A stretch of DNA of 64,000 nt from a virus. The DNA lies in IMG/VR virus record IMGVR_UViG_3300045988_159790; one strand, 5' to 3'. Positions 1 through 10,279 of this stretch are shown here, one piece after another. The translations under genes and the position numbers were made by a program. Position 1 is the stretch's first letter, and each line of letters opens with the position of its first letter. Under the pieces are notes generated by a model. That model was not told where the DNA came from. It saw nothing but the letters and a program-made list of their open reading frames with translations, and did not search any database.

Positions 1-2610
1 ATTCCAACGGGTAGCAATATAAGCTGTTTGAAATCCGATAAAAGAGTATGCAAGTGCATGTATAGTAGAAAAAGAATAGCCCATTTGCGGTCCTACTCCG
101 CAGTCCCATACATATTTTCCAAGCTGTTCTGATTTTGCCTGGTCTAAAATTTGTTTATGAAGAGCTGGGATTTTACTCATTTGCTTTTTTCCAACAATTT
201 TTCTTGCGGCATTAGCATCTTTAAGCGAGAATCCGCAAATATTTTCATCCATTAACATTGTCATTAACTGCTCTTGAGAAGGTGGTACTCCATAAGATTT
301 TTTAAAATGAGGTTCAAGTGTTTTTTGTTCTGCATTTGTTAAACCATAATTATCCATTTCATCATACCAAAGTTCAATGTTATTTTTAAAACGGATATAT
401 TTATCCATAGGCTGCTCTCCGCCTTCTTCTGCTGTCATTAATCTTAAAAGACCATTTGCATCACTTAACTCTAAAATATTCTTAGGTTTAATCTTTTTTG
501 CAGCCTGACTACCAACAATAGAATCAAACTGAAACAAATCAAGAATATTTACATTATCAATATTATCCCAAACTTGTTTATCATCAAGAGGCAATACAGA
601 AGGGTGAAAATATTTATTATAAACTTCTTTTAAAGATAAATCTTTTTCAATTTCTCCATAATCTTGTAAAAACTGAATTGCTTGTACGAGCTTATCTTGT
701 ACTTCTGTAACTAAGAAATCATATTTTGTAAGACCTGCGGCTTCGCACATATGCAAGTCATACTGTGTAATGACATCTCCACTAGGAGTTCTCATAAAGC
801 ATCCAAATTGATATGGGTCTTCATCAAAAAGAATAACTCCAGATGCATGACTACCTCTACGAGAAATTAATCCCTCAATGCCCAAAATAATATTTAATAA
901 TCCAGGATATTGATTTACTTCATTTAAAAATGAAGTAACTGGTCTTCTACCTTTATCGCTATTTCCATTGACAACTTCATCAAGAGACCATAAAAATCCT
1001 CTTTCTTCCGGGATTAATGATGACATATACTGCGCAGTATCTACATCAATTCCGTCTGGATAATCTTCACTACGGTATCCTCTACATGCAGTTTGAATTG
1101 CACTTTTTGTTGTCTCTGTACCAAAAGTTGCAATAAGTGTACATCCGCAGTTCTTTCTTGTAATATCATCAACCTCTGGTAAAAAATTCTTTCCACGCTC
1201 TTCTTTTATTCTTTTTAATATTAAAGGTCTTTTACTTGGACAAAGGTCTAAGTCTATATCACCAAGCTCAAATCTCTCTTTATTAAGATATCTCCAAAAA
1301 GGCAAATCCCATTCGATTGGGTCTAGCTGTGTAACTCCTAAGAGATAGTGATTTAATCCTGAACAAGAAGAACCTCTTCCTGCTCCAACCATACTGCCGC
1401 ATTCCCAAAACATATCTACATAATGTTGAAGAGTTATTGGATATTCAAACATATTAGTATTAAGTGCTTTTCCTATTGTTCTTTTTATATCAGCTTCTTC
1501 TTCAAGTCTCGATAAATAAACATCATTTAGTTTTCCTAGAACATGTAATTTATTAATACATTCATTTACCCAATATCTTTCAACTTTGTCTTCTGACATG
1601 AATAAATCAATTAAGGTTGGATATTTATTTAACTCCATATCATCTCCACATGGTTTATGTTCCCATCGAGGATAATATTTTACTTCTACTTTAGGTATCT
1701 GTTGAGAATGTAATAATGAATAATTCTCAATTTTATTATAAATATCCATTGAGTTTGCGCACATAATACTAAACATATCTATAATAGATGGCTCTAAATT
1801 CTTTTTAATTTCTTCTTCAGTTTGTAAATAACTATATTCGTAAAAAGAATCTACTTCACGCTCTTCATCTTTTGAATTTAGATATGCCTTATGTACAAAT
1901 CTATCACTCTTTTTTAAATAATGCGCATCTGTACCAATAACGATAGGAACATTAAAAGTCGCAGATAATTCAACCATTTTTTTATTTACTGTTATTTGTT
2001 CTTTATTTGCGGCAGGTGCAACTTCAAAATAAAAGTCTTGATTAAAAACTTTTTTACACCATAAAACAAAATCAATAATCTTATTTTTTGCTTCATTTGC
2101 GGTTTGATTATCTCCAAGTTTTCTAGCTTCTTCCATTACCAGTATATTTGAAGACAGCTCTCCGCCTAAACAAGCTGTTGTTGCAATTAAATGTCCAGGT
2201 TCTTCTTTTACAATATTTTCTAAATCTTCTTTTAAAGTTGGAACTCTTTCCATTTTATCAGTGTAAGAGTTTAACCAAGCAATAGAAGAGATTCTTCTAA
2301 GTTGTTTATGTCCTATCGCATCTTTTGCTATCAGAATAAAATGATAATATTTAATTCCTTTTTCTCTTTTATCAACAAGATATATTTCATCGCCAAGTGC
2401 GATTTTAAAATCTGGATTTGTTTTAATAATCTCTTGTGCATATTGATTAACTTCGATATGACAACATAATGCTTCATGGTCTGTTATCGCAATACCTTTA
2501 AGACCAATATCTATAGCTCTATTAACCAAATCTTTTGGTTTATTAATACAATCAAGTAAACGAATATTACTATACATTGTGTGAGAGTGAGGTTCAAATC
2601 TATCAAACAT
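1..2610 (-). CDS. dnaE: DNA polymerase III alpha subunit (DnaE-type, PHP + polymerase core); 5-prime end at 2610, gene runs off window start
   Basis: Manual translation from ATG at 2610: MFDRFEPHSHTMYSNIRLLDCINKPKDLVNRAIDIGLKGIAITDHEALCC (PHP domain); later AGRGSSCSGLNHYLLGVTQLDPIEWDLPFWRYLNKERFELGDIDLDLCPSKR matches DnaE palm GRGSAAGSLV...DFDVDF. Continuous minus-frame coding across 1-2610, absent from ORF track because truncated. Confidence 0.8.
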   Translation of the reverse strand, partial: MFDRFEPHSHTMYSNIRLLDCINKPKDLVNRAIDIGLKGIAITDHEALCCHIEVNQYAQEIIKTNPDFKIALGDEIYLVDKREKGIKYYHFILIAKDAIGHKQLRRISSIAWLNSYTDKMERVPTLKEDLENIVKEEPGHLIATTACLGGELSSNILVMEEARKLGDNQTANEAKNKIIDFVLWCKKVFNQDFYFEVAPAANKEQITVNKKMVELSATFNVPIVIGTDAHYLKKSDRFVHKAYLNSKDEEREVDSFYEYSYLQTEEEIKKNLEPSIIDMFSIMCANSMDIYNKIENYSLLHSQQIPKVEVKYYPRWEHKPCGDDMELNKYPTLIDLFMSEDKVERYWVNECINKLHVLGKLNDVYLSRLEEEADIKRTIGKALNTNMFEYPITLQHYVDMFWECGSMVGAGRGSSCSGLNHYLLGVTQLDPIEWDLPFWRYLNKERFELGDIDLDLCPSKRPLILKRIKEERGKNFLPEVDDITRKNCGCTLIATFGTETTKSAIQTACRGYRSEDYPDGIDVDTAQYMSSLIPEERGFLWSLDEVVNGNSDKGRRPVTSFLNEVNQYPGLLNIILGIEGLISRRGSHASGVILFDEDPYQFGCFMRTPSGDVITQYDLHMCEAAGLTKYDFLVTEVQDKLVQAIQFLQDYGEIEKDLSLKEVYNKYFHPSVLPLDDKQVWDNIDNVNILDLFQFDSIVGSQAAKKIKPKNILELSDANGLLRLMTAEEGGEQPMDKYIRFKNNIELWYDEMDNYGLTNAEQKTLEPHFKKSYGVPPSQEQLMTMLMDENICGFSLKDANAARKIVGKKQMSKIPALHKQILDQAKSEQLGKYVWDCGVGPQMGYSFSTIHALAYSFIGFQTAYIATRWN

Positions 2611-2634
2611 TAATTAATTACCAACTTTCTTTAT

Positions 2635-2673
2635 TATATAAATATTATATCATATATTTTATATAAAATCAAG
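2635..2673 (-). promoter_or_regulatory. conserved phage promoter motif (sigma70-like -35 TTGATT / extended -10 TGATATAAT) upstream of dnaE-like gene
   Basis: Coding-strand sequence CTTGATTTTATATAAAATATATGATATAATATTTATATA about 30 nt upstream of ATG 2610. Confidence 0.6.
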
Positions 2674-2683
2674 AAAACGAGAA

Positions 2684-2869
2684 CTAAATGTTCTCGTTTT
2701 TTATATTTTTTCTTATTTCATTAATACAATTTTCACAAATTTCTGCCTCTCCCCATGCAAACCAATTTGAATTATCTGTATCTTTGAACAATATTCTCTT
2801 TTTTATTTTATAACTCTTTAAATTATCAGGAATTGTTTTAGAACATATTACACATATATTTTTCATCAC
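2684..2869 (-). CDS. small zinc-ribbon protein
   Basis: 61 aa; CVICS...CENC cysteine pairs. Confidence 0.35.
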   Translation of the reverse strand: MMKNICVICSKTIPDNLKSYKIKKRILFKDTDNSNWFAWGEAEICENCINEIRKNIKNENI

Positions 2870-4050
2870 TCATTTCTCCTAATTACTAATTTTTCTGATG
2901 CTCTAGTTGCGGCTGTATATAACCATCTTGCATGTTCTATCTTAATATTTGGAAAAGATTCTTCAATAACTAAAACTTTATCCCATTCACTGCCTTGTGC
3001 GCTATGACAAGTAATTGCATAAGCATAAGTAAAGTTTTTAGGAATTAAATCACCATATATATATTTCATTTTTCCAAGCTGATATTGAACTCGCCAATCT
3101 AAAAAAGGTTCTTCTTTAGTAAAGAAAGTTCTATCCATATCTAATAAAGGAAAAGTATCGCCGCCATCAGGCTTAAAATCGCCAATTATAATTGGTACTT
3201 CTCTTTCATCTGTTTGAATACGATTAGGAACTCTAATAAAGCTAGTGCATGGATTAATTAGTATTCCTGTTGTACCATTAACAAGAGCATCTCCATTTTC
3301 ATTTGTATCATCCCAATAATTTCGTTTACAAATAATTTTTTCTCCATTTTTTGGTAATCCTGAATAGCCTAACAAGCCTCTTACTTGGTCATTTATAGAA
3401 TGTCGAGTTGCATTTGTAGCAACTAAAATTTGGTCTGCCCATGTTAGCATGCCAGTATTTAATTCATTTTCTTTAACTACACAAACCTCATTGCCTTTCA
3501 TAAAGGGGATTGATTCAGAATTACGAATTTTCATTGTAAGTCTAATAATTTCGCTTTCTGCGGCTTGTCTCATAACCTCGTCTAAAAATACATCAGGATG
3601 CTTGAGGAGGTCATTTTCCTCAGTTTTATCAATCTGTGGGAGCTGAAATGGGTCACCAAGGAAGATAATGAAAATATGATGTGTCATAAGTAAATCTACC
3701 ATTGATTTCGGAACCATAGACACCTCATCTACAACTACTACTGTATAGTTTAACTCCGTTCTTATACGCCTACCAAATCCGCCACTTGCTTTTGGATAAT
3801 GCTCATATAATAAATGATGAAGAGTACAAGCACCAGGATTTCCTTTTTTTCTTAAGACTTCTGCGGCTTTGCCTGTATATGTAGCATAAGCTACCTTTTC
3901 TGGAGAAACATTTAATGCGCTAATAATAAACTTAACTAGCGTTGATTTTCCAGTTCCAGCGTACCCCGCAATAACTGCATATTTATCTCCCTTTTTATGC
4001 TTATCTAAAACTATTTTAAGTCCTTCCTCTTGTTTTCTCGTTAATATCAT
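2866..4050 (-). CDS. SF1 DNA helicase, Dda/RecD-like
   Basis: Walker A AGYAGTGKST, Walker B VVVDEVSMV, motif ATNATRHSIN, motif AITCHSAQGSEWDKV typical of RecD/Dda family. Confidence 0.75.
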   Translation of the reverse strand: MILTRKQEEGLKIVLDKHKKGDKYAVIAGYAGTGKSTLVKFIISALNVSPEKVAYATYTGKAAEVLRKKGNPGACTLHHLLYEHYPKASGGFGRRIRTELNYTVVVVDEVSMVPKSMVDLLMTHHIFIIFLGDPFQLPQIDKTEENDLLKHPDVFLDEVMRQAAESEIIRLTMKIRNSESIPFMKGNEVCVVKENELNTGMLTWADQILVATNATRHSINDQVRGLLGYSGLPKNGEKIICKRNYWDDTNENGDALVNGTTGILINPCTSFIRVPNRIQTDEREVPIIIGDFKPDGGDTFPLLDMDRTFFTKEEPFLDWRVQYQLGKMKYIYGDLIPKNFTYAYAITCHSAQGSEWDKVLVIEESFPNIKIEHARWLYTAATRASEKLVIRRNE

Positions 4051-4859
4051 TATTTTTTTACCTCATAAAAAGTCATATCACTATAGTCGGCTGCTCCTAT
4101 ACCTTCGACACGATAATCATCAATTTTTAATTTCAAACTATCTGTAATATCATTATTAATAGCAAAGTCTTTAGGGTTTTTCAAAAACTCTTCATATTCT
4201 TCTTTAGATAAAACAATCTCTCCTTCATAATGTCCATATCTTAAATATCCACTAACATAATCTGGAATAATGTTATTTATGAAAATTGTTTTATCTTCTT
4301 TTTTATGTCTTTCATTTGCTTTGTCTATTGTCATTCTATTTAAAGAAGTAATTGCGCTAACACGACCATCTTTAATTATTTTATTTAAGTTTACAGGAGT
4401 ATAATTACAAACATTTGCTGCTAAATTGAGATGATATATATCATCACACCCCTCTATATTAGAATGGTCATGACCATGAATATTTAAACACCAAGACAAC
4501 CCTTTTATAGGTTCATGTGATAATAGAATTTTTTCAGCAATAAAAACAGGACCAGTATAAATTTCATTAAAGTAATCTCGATATTTACCTAAACATGAAT
4601 AGTCGTGATTACCACAAATTAATACCTTATAATCTACTTTTAATTGTTCTAAATATTTTGGGTCTCCTATATCCCCTAATAAAACTAAAGTATCATTTCT
4701 ATAAACTAATTTATTAATTCTTTGAACCTGTTCTTCTGGAGTTATCCAATTTTTATCCATTAACTTACAATCACTATCATTAAAATGTGGGTCAGATAAA
4801 ATCCAAACAGAACCAGTCATAGACCAATGTCTAAAAATATTATATAACATATCTATCAT
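4050..4859 (-). CDS. calcineurin-like metallophosphoesterase
   Basis: SDPHF...GDIGD...GNHD...GHDH metal-binding motifs. Confidence 0.6.
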   Translation of the reverse strand: MIDMLYNIFRHWSMTGSVWILSDPHFNDSDCKLMDKNWITPEEQVQRINKLVYRNDTLVLLGDIGDPKYLEQLKVDYKVLICGNHDYSCLGKYRDYFNEIYTGPVFIAEKILLSHEPIKGLSWCLNIHGHDHSNIEGCDDIYHLNLAANVCNYTPVNLNKIIKDGRVSAITSLNRMTIDKANERHKKEDKTIFINNIIPDYVSGYLRYGHYEGEIVLSKEEYEEFLKNPKDFAINNDITDSLKLKIDDYRVEGIGAADYSDMTFYEVKK

Positions 4860-5287
4860 ACATTAGCCTCCTGTTCATACAATTCATTTCTGATGCGCAT
4901 AAGAGTTTGACCTAATTTATTTTGTCCTACTCCTTTACATTTACCCCAATAAGTATCTCCCCAAGTATTACCTTCTACTATTGGCTCCAGTCCAGTCTGT
5001 AAAAGTTTAATTTTAAGGTCTTCATTCTCTGTAAACTTTTGTTTACAAACATCATACATTACTTGGTCTTTAATTTCTTCCCAATCATCTCTTAACTCAA
5101 CTCTTCTGCCTAATCTTTTAGCTGCACCAGGTCTTAAGCCAATAAACTTACGCCTCTCTTCATCTGTTTTGCATTTAGCAGCCTGAAAAGCAGCTTCTGT
5201 TGAATTATATAATATTCCATTATAAAGTATCGGAACTTCATAAAAATTACTTAAAAATCCAAATTTACCACCAAATATATCTATCAT
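4856..5287 (-). CDS. NADAR (YbiA/DUF1768-like) domain protein, possible ADP-ribose N-glycosidase
   Basis: FGFLSNFYEVPILYNGILYNSTEAAFQAAK and GNTWGDTYWG resemble NADAR family signature; AGGA-type RBS upstream. Confidence 0.55.
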   Translation of the reverse strand: MIDIFGGKFGFLSNFYEVPILYNGILYNSTEAAFQAAKCKTDEERRKFIGLRPGAAKRLGRRVELRDDWEEIKDQVMYDVCKQKFTENEDLKIKLLQTGLEPIVEGNTWGDTYWGKCKGVGQNKLGQTLMRIRNELYEQEANV

Positions 5288-5312
5288 TTTATTATTCTTT
5301 TCCTTTCTTATC

Positions 5313-5350
5313 TATATAAATATTATATCATATTTTAAAATTAAAATCAA
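5313..5350 (-). promoter_or_regulatory. conserved promoter motif copy
   Basis: tatataaatattatatcatattttaaaattaaaatcaa on plus strand = TTGATT..17..TATAAT on coding strand; upstream of NADAR gene. Confidence 0.55.
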
Positions 5351-5371
5351 TACAATGATACTTTTTCTTTT

Positions 5372-5563
5372 TTATTTTTTTTTCTTTATACATTCCTTAC
5401 ATTTATTTTTTATTATTGGAGCAATAGAAGTACAAATATCCATTTCTGAATAATTGTACCCCTCTAACCAAAATAATCTATTACAATAAAAGCATCTTGT
5501 TGGAATAAAAGCAAATTTATCATAATATGTTAAAGTCATTTTAAAACCCCCACGCTGTAACAA
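5372..5563 (-). CDS. small Cys-rich hypothetical protein
   Basis: 63 aa, CFYC...CKEC. Confidence 0.3.
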   Translation of the reverse strand: MLQRGGFKMTLTYYDKFAFIPTRCFYCNRLFWLEGYNYSEMDICTSIAPIIKNKCKECIKKKK

Positions 5564-7436
5564 AAGAAGCTTCTTTCATATCAACAATTTCATAATCAAC
5601 CATAATCAATTGCGGATTCACTTCATAATTCCACTCATTAGAATTACATTTACAAACAGCATTAATCATGTAATCATTACCATTATTAAAAGTATTAATT
5701 TCTTCTTCTGTGCCATTAAATTGAATAATATCAGCAACTGGATTAATATATTTTAAAGTATTTGATTTCATTACTTTAAAAGTGTCTTTATTAACTTTAA
5801 TATTTTTTATATAAACAAGTGGTCTCTCGAAATCTTTGCCTAGATAATCATTCATATTAGCTATTTCTAATATTTTTTGTCCTTCATTCTCAGAAGTCAT
5901 ATTTTTAGCATCCCAAATATAGTCAACATAATAAATAGGGTCTTCATTCATATTCTTAAGAATAGAGTCTGTATCATCTATAAATTGTAGTATTGGCTCT
6001 CCAAACACTTCAGCTCCATAATCTGGGTCTAAGCTACCACAATCTAAACCTAAACCAAATGCACCTTGATGACCTTCTGCATATCGCGCTCCCGCGGCGA
6101 TACAAATATCTTTAAAATTCATATCTTTACCATATCCACGTGCAGACCCCTCATAAGTTACATATTGATTTTCTTTATCAACTACTTTTGTTAAAATACA
6201 TACAGGTCTTTGATATTTTGCCATGAATTTATTTGCAATTAAGCCAGCTATATTTCTATCTACCTCACCAGGTTCCAATAGGAATAACAGAACTTTATGG
6301 TCTAACATATGATTTTTTTCAATTAAACCCTCCAAATGTTCAAGCCCACTATCCTGAGCTTTTGTTTGTCTATTTTTTACATTTGTGCATGTTCGTATAG
6401 CTTGGTCAACAATTCTTTCCATTTCTCCTTGCACATGACCTCTCTTAGTTGAAAGAACTCTCTCAAATGCTCTATATTCTAGCATTGATTGAAATAACAA
6501 TTCTTTTTCCTCTTGTGTTCCACTTCTAACCATTGCATTAACAAAAGGAGCAATAAAGAAAGCCGCGCCCATTGGAGTAATTTGTAAACCATGCTCTGAA
6601 GATGGTTTATAATCAGATTTATTTAAAGAAAAAGAGTTTTTCTTTGCCATTTCATATATAAAAGGGTTTTTAATATTTTCTTCTTTAAACCCCTCAAAGA
6701 TGAGATATTTTGTTTCAAGTGAGAGGATGCTCATCATATCCGCCATATCTCCAAGTGCAACAAGGTCTAAATAGTTATTAGCGAAGTTCGTATTCTTTAA
6801 CTTATCTAAAAAACGACAAAACTGCCATGTGACACCAACTCCAGAAAGCTCTTTATTAGGATATGGAGTTAATTGATTATTAATAATAACTGTATTGCTA
6901 TACATTACTGGCTTAGATACCTCATGATGGTCTAATATTAAAATTTCTGTATTATGGTTATCTAATTCTATATGAAAATTAATATCATTGCTTCCTGCAT
7001 CCGGTAAGATAACTAAATCATATTTTTTTGCTTCTTCACAACAATCTGAAAGTCCATGTTGCTTTCCACTATGAAGAAAGTATGATACATTATTTATAAC
7101 AAAAGAAGGAAAAGACGCATACAAATAATTTAACAAAAGCGCACTTGCAGTATATCCATCACAATCTGCATCAACTATTATTAATACTTTATGATTCTGC
7201 ATAATATGCTTAATTAGCATTGCCGCACCACGCTCCATTAAATCTAATCCAAAGGCTTCTGGTGGATTAACATATTCTTCTGTTGGATTTATATATTCAT
7301 ATACATTTTCTTTTGAAACTCCTCTGTTTAAAATAACTTGAAGTTCCGCAGAATTTGTTTTTACTGGACTATTATATAACTGAATATGCATTATTTTACC
7401 CCACAGACAGTTATTGTTTTTGAACATTGTGGACAT
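5541..7436 (-). CDS. recJ: RecJ-like DHH-family ssDNA exonuclease
   Basis: IIVDADCDGYTASALL (DHH motif I), ILDHHE (DHH), DHHA1-like C-terminal region. Confidence 0.7.
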   Translation of the reverse strand: MSTMFKNNNCLWGKIMHIQLYNSPVKTNSAELQVILNRGVSKENVYEYINPTEEYVNPPEAFGLDLMERGAAMLIKHIMQNHKVLIIVDADCDGYTASALLLNYLYASFPSFVINNVSYFLHSGKQHGLSDCCEEAKKYDLVILPDAGSNDINFHIELDNHNTEILILDHHEVSKPVMYSNTVIINNQLTPYPNKELSGVGVTWQFCRFLDKLKNTNFANNYLDLVALGDMADMMSILSLETKYLIFEGFKEENIKNPFIYEMAKKNSFSLNKSDYKPSSEHGLQITPMGAAFFIAPFVNAMVRSGTQEEKELLFQSMLEYRAFERVLSTKRGHVQGEMERIVDQAIRTCTNVKNRQTKAQDSGLEHLEGLIEKNHMLDHKVLLFLLEPGEVDRNIAGLIANKFMAKYQRPVCILTKVVDKENQYVTYEGSARGYGKDMNFKDICIAAGARYAEGHQGAFGLGLDCGSLDPDYGAEVFGEPILQFIDDTDSILKNMNEDPIYYVDYIWDAKNMTSENEGQKILEIANMNDYLGKDFERPLVYIKNIKVNKDTFKVMKSNTLKYINPVADIIQFNGTEEEINTFNNGNDYMINAVCKCNSNEWNYEVNPQLIMVDYEIVDMKEASFVTAWGF

Positions 7437-7597
7437 ACAACATATGTACTTCTACTTGCCGCAATTAAAAGAAAATCATCATCCCTTCTTGGCGGAGTAT
7501 AAGTTTCTTTAACATCTTCTGCTTCAAAACTGAATTTACATCCACACTCAGGACATTTTCTTATTTTTCTTGTACCTTTTTCAATAATTTGTATCAT
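7391..7597 (-). CDS. small zinc-ribbon protein
   Basis: CPECGCKF ... CPQCSK. Confidence 0.3.
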   Translation of the reverse strand: MIQIIEKGTRKIRKCPECGCKFSFEAEDVKETYTPPRRDDDFLLIAASRSTYVVCPQCSKTITVCGVK

Positions 7598-7609
7598 TCC
7601 TTATTCCTC

Positions 7610-8731
7610 CTAATATAAATTAACTCTTCTTTTAAACAGTTCTATAAAAACATCTGGACCTTTATCAATAGGACTATCTTTATAATCTAAATAATCCCAT
7701 TTATCAAATATAAAACTAATTTTAACTAAATTACCATATTTATGATAAATATTAGTTAAATTTTTAGTTAATTTTATAAATTCATCATCGCCCTTTTTTT
7801 GGAACTGTTTATCTAAACAAATAATAATTTCTTCAACCCCTAAATTAATAAGAATCCAAGCTTGATATTGAATAAATGCACTTCCGCAAACTGCAACTGA
7901 AATATCATTATCTTTACCAAAATAACTTGCATATAGAAGAGGTGACTTCTCCCCTTCAAAAACAAAAGCTTTTCTCGCAGCCTTTATATTGTCTTTACTA
8001 TTGTTTATATTATATAAATTAAATGAAAGCGGATGATTATATAAAATACCATTTATTTTTGCTGGTCTATATTTTCCGAAGATTTCATTTTCTTTTATTA
8101 ATGTTCTTTCTCGTATTCCTATTAGTCTATTGTCAATATCTCTATGCGGAATTACAATACTTGTATTAATTGGATTATATCGAATACCCGCATTTATCAT
8201 TACTTCTTCTGTAATTCCCTCTTTTATCCAAGGCATTATAATAGGTTGAGGTAAATTTTTTAAAATATCATCTTTATATTGCTTTAATTTTACAATTTGA
8301 GTATTGATATTAATATCCTTAACTCTATCATAATTATTCAATATCTTCCAATCTTCTTGTGATTGATAGTTGCTATCATAAACATTTTGATTAGGAGAGA
8401 ATCCAAAATATTGAGCCACATAATCAATAGCTTCAGGGAGTTGCCATTGAGAATCTTCTTTTTCTAAATGTGGCTCTTCTCTTGATTTTACTTTTCTTAC
8501 TAATTCATAGATATCAAAAGTCTCTCCACAGTCTGTATAACATCTAAATAATTTAGTGTTATCATAATAATACAGTTTTTTACTATTTCCATTATGACAA
8601 ATAGTTCGACATTTTAATAAACTACCTTCTCTAATTGATTCTCCACCCATCTCATTAACTAAAGATTCAATTTGCTCAATAGTCAAACTATTTTTTATTT
8701 CATCTTTATTATAACTATATAATTCTGGCAT
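7610..8731 (-). CDS. DNA primase (DnaG/T4 gp61-like: CHC2 zinc finger + Toprim)
   Basis: CRTICHNGNSKKLYYYDNTKLFRCYTDCGETFD zinc finger; Toprim motifs FEGEKS and CLDKQFQKKGDDEF. Confidence 0.65.
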   Translation of the reverse strand: MPELYSYNKDEIKNSLTIEQIESLVNEMGGESIREGSLLKCRTICHNGNSKKLYYYDNTKLFRCYTDCGETFDIYELVRKVKSREEPHLEKEDSQWQLPEAIDYVAQYFGFSPNQNVYDSNYQSQEDWKILNNYDRVKDININTQIVKLKQYKDDILKNLPQPIIMPWIKEGITEEVMINAGIRYNPINTSIVIPHRDIDNRLIGIRERTLIKENEIFGKYRPAKINGILYNHPLSFNLYNINNSKDNIKAARKAFVFEGEKSPLLYASYFGKDNDISVAVCGSAFIQYQAWILINLGVEEIIICLDKQFQKKGDDEFIKLTKNLTNIYHKYGNLVKISFIFDKWDYLDYKDSPIDKGPDVFIELFKRRVNLY

Positions 8732-8733
8732 AT

Positions 8734-10269
8734 TTAAAATTCACTCTCATCTAAAATTTTAATCTTTAAATTTTCTATATCTTGTAATTCATAACTATAA
8801 TCTGTAACAAACATAGGCTCAATGCGGCAAGTACCTTTATCAGACTTACACCACATAAGAATGTTTTTCCATCTACCTCGTCTATTTTTATAAACAGATA
8901 TTTTAGTATCCGGAATATCAAAATCTCCGCGTTTAATTACCGATTCTAGAGCTTCGATATCTTCTTTTGATGCTTGTAACATAATCATACCTACATCAAT
9001 TTTATCTGCAATAGATTTAGCTCCACGCAATAAGTTTTGGTCATACTCTTTTGCATCTCGATAATCTCCATTGAGCTGTGTTGCAGACATAATAAAAATA
9101 CCATATTGATTACATAAATCTTTTAATCTAATTGAAATCATAAAAAGAATATTATCTTCTCTTAAACGCACTCCACCGCTTCTTTTAGTTATCTCTTCAA
9201 GTATTTTCATTGAAGTATGTAGATAATCCAAAAAACAATACTTTGCTTCATGCTCTCTAATATTTCTCTTAATTGTATTTTCTATATCTTGTAAAGAAAA
9301 GTCTGGAAGATATTCAAAATAGATTTTACTTTGCTTTAAAAGCTGTGCTGCTTTTTGAACCCTTTCCCACTCTCCTTCTAAATATTTGCCATCTAATAAA
9401 TGTTCTTCATTTACTCCTGATAAAAAAGCAACCATCATAGTCTGAATTTCATCAAGAGGTTGCTCTGTAGCTATATATATAGTAGGTTCTGATTTTCCTG
9501 TGCTAATCCACTTATTCTCATGTAAATCATACATCTGAGAGCATCCGATGTAGCAAGCATCTGCAATCATAGAACGAGTTTTACCAACTCCTGTTGCGGC
9601 TGACCTCAGATAAAACTTTTTTAACCTAGCACCTCTTACAACTGTATTTACATATTTTCCAAAAAGAGGGTATCCTAACTCTGGATTGGCTTTTAATGAT
9701 TCTAGAAGTTCATTGACGCCCTCTCCTACCTGAATTCCGCCATCTGCATCATCATCAACATACTTCATTCTAATTTGTAAAATTTTATCATCTATAATAT
9801 TTGCAATCTGTTCGAGGGATGTATTATCTAGCCAATCCTCTTGCTTTTGTTTCTTTTTAATATCTAAAACATTATCTGGGTCATATAAATCAGTTAAATC
9901 CATACCTATAATAGTATTAAGCTGTTTTAATAATGTCATTTTTTTCATTCTATTATAGTAATAATCAAAAGTTGATATATTAGATTTTTCTGCACAAGTA
10001 AGAATATATTTTGCACCATCATTAGCTTTATAAATTGCTAATTTTTTTGGTCTTTGATTCAAATAATCTTCAATAGTTTCTATTGTTATATTTTTTGCTC
10101 CTAATTGATGTAAATTATAAATGCTTCCAAAAACAATTTTCTGAAAATCATTTGCAAAATCCTCTTCTAAAAAGAAATATTTATCTGTTGCATCTAATAA
10201 ATTAGGATTATTATATATATTTCCTATAACTTGTACTAGACAAGCTATATCACAATAATTACTTTTCAT
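8734..10269 (-). CDS. replicative DNA helicase, DnaB/T4 gp41-like
   Basis: RecA-fold Walker A SAATGVGKT, DnaB-like C-terminal domain; located next to primase. Confidence 0.6.
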   Translation of the reverse strand: MKSNYCDIACLVQVIGNIYNNPNLLDATDKYFFLEEDFANDFQKIVFGSIYNLHQLGAKNITIETIEDYLNQRPKKLAIYKANDGAKYILTCAEKSNISTFDYYYNRMKKMTLLKQLNTIIGMDLTDLYDPDNVLDIKKKQKQEDWLDNTSLEQIANIIDDKILQIRMKYVDDDADGGIQVGEGVNELLESLKANPELGYPLFGKYVNTVVRGARLKKFYLRSAATGVGKTRSMIADACYIGCSQMYDLHENKWISTGKSEPTIYIATEQPLDEIQTMMVAFLSGVNEEHLLDGKYLEGEWERVQKAAQLLKQSKIYFEYLPDFSLQDIENTIKRNIREHEAKYCFLDYLHTSMKILEEITKRSGGVRLREDNILFMISIRLKDLCNQYGIFIMSATQLNGDYRDAKEYDQNLLRGAKSIADKIDVGMIMLQASKEDIEALESVIKRGDFDIPDTKISVYKNRRGRWKNILMWCKSDKGTCRIEPMFVTDYSYELQDIENLKIKILDESEF

Positions 10270-10279
10270 TTACCTCTCC

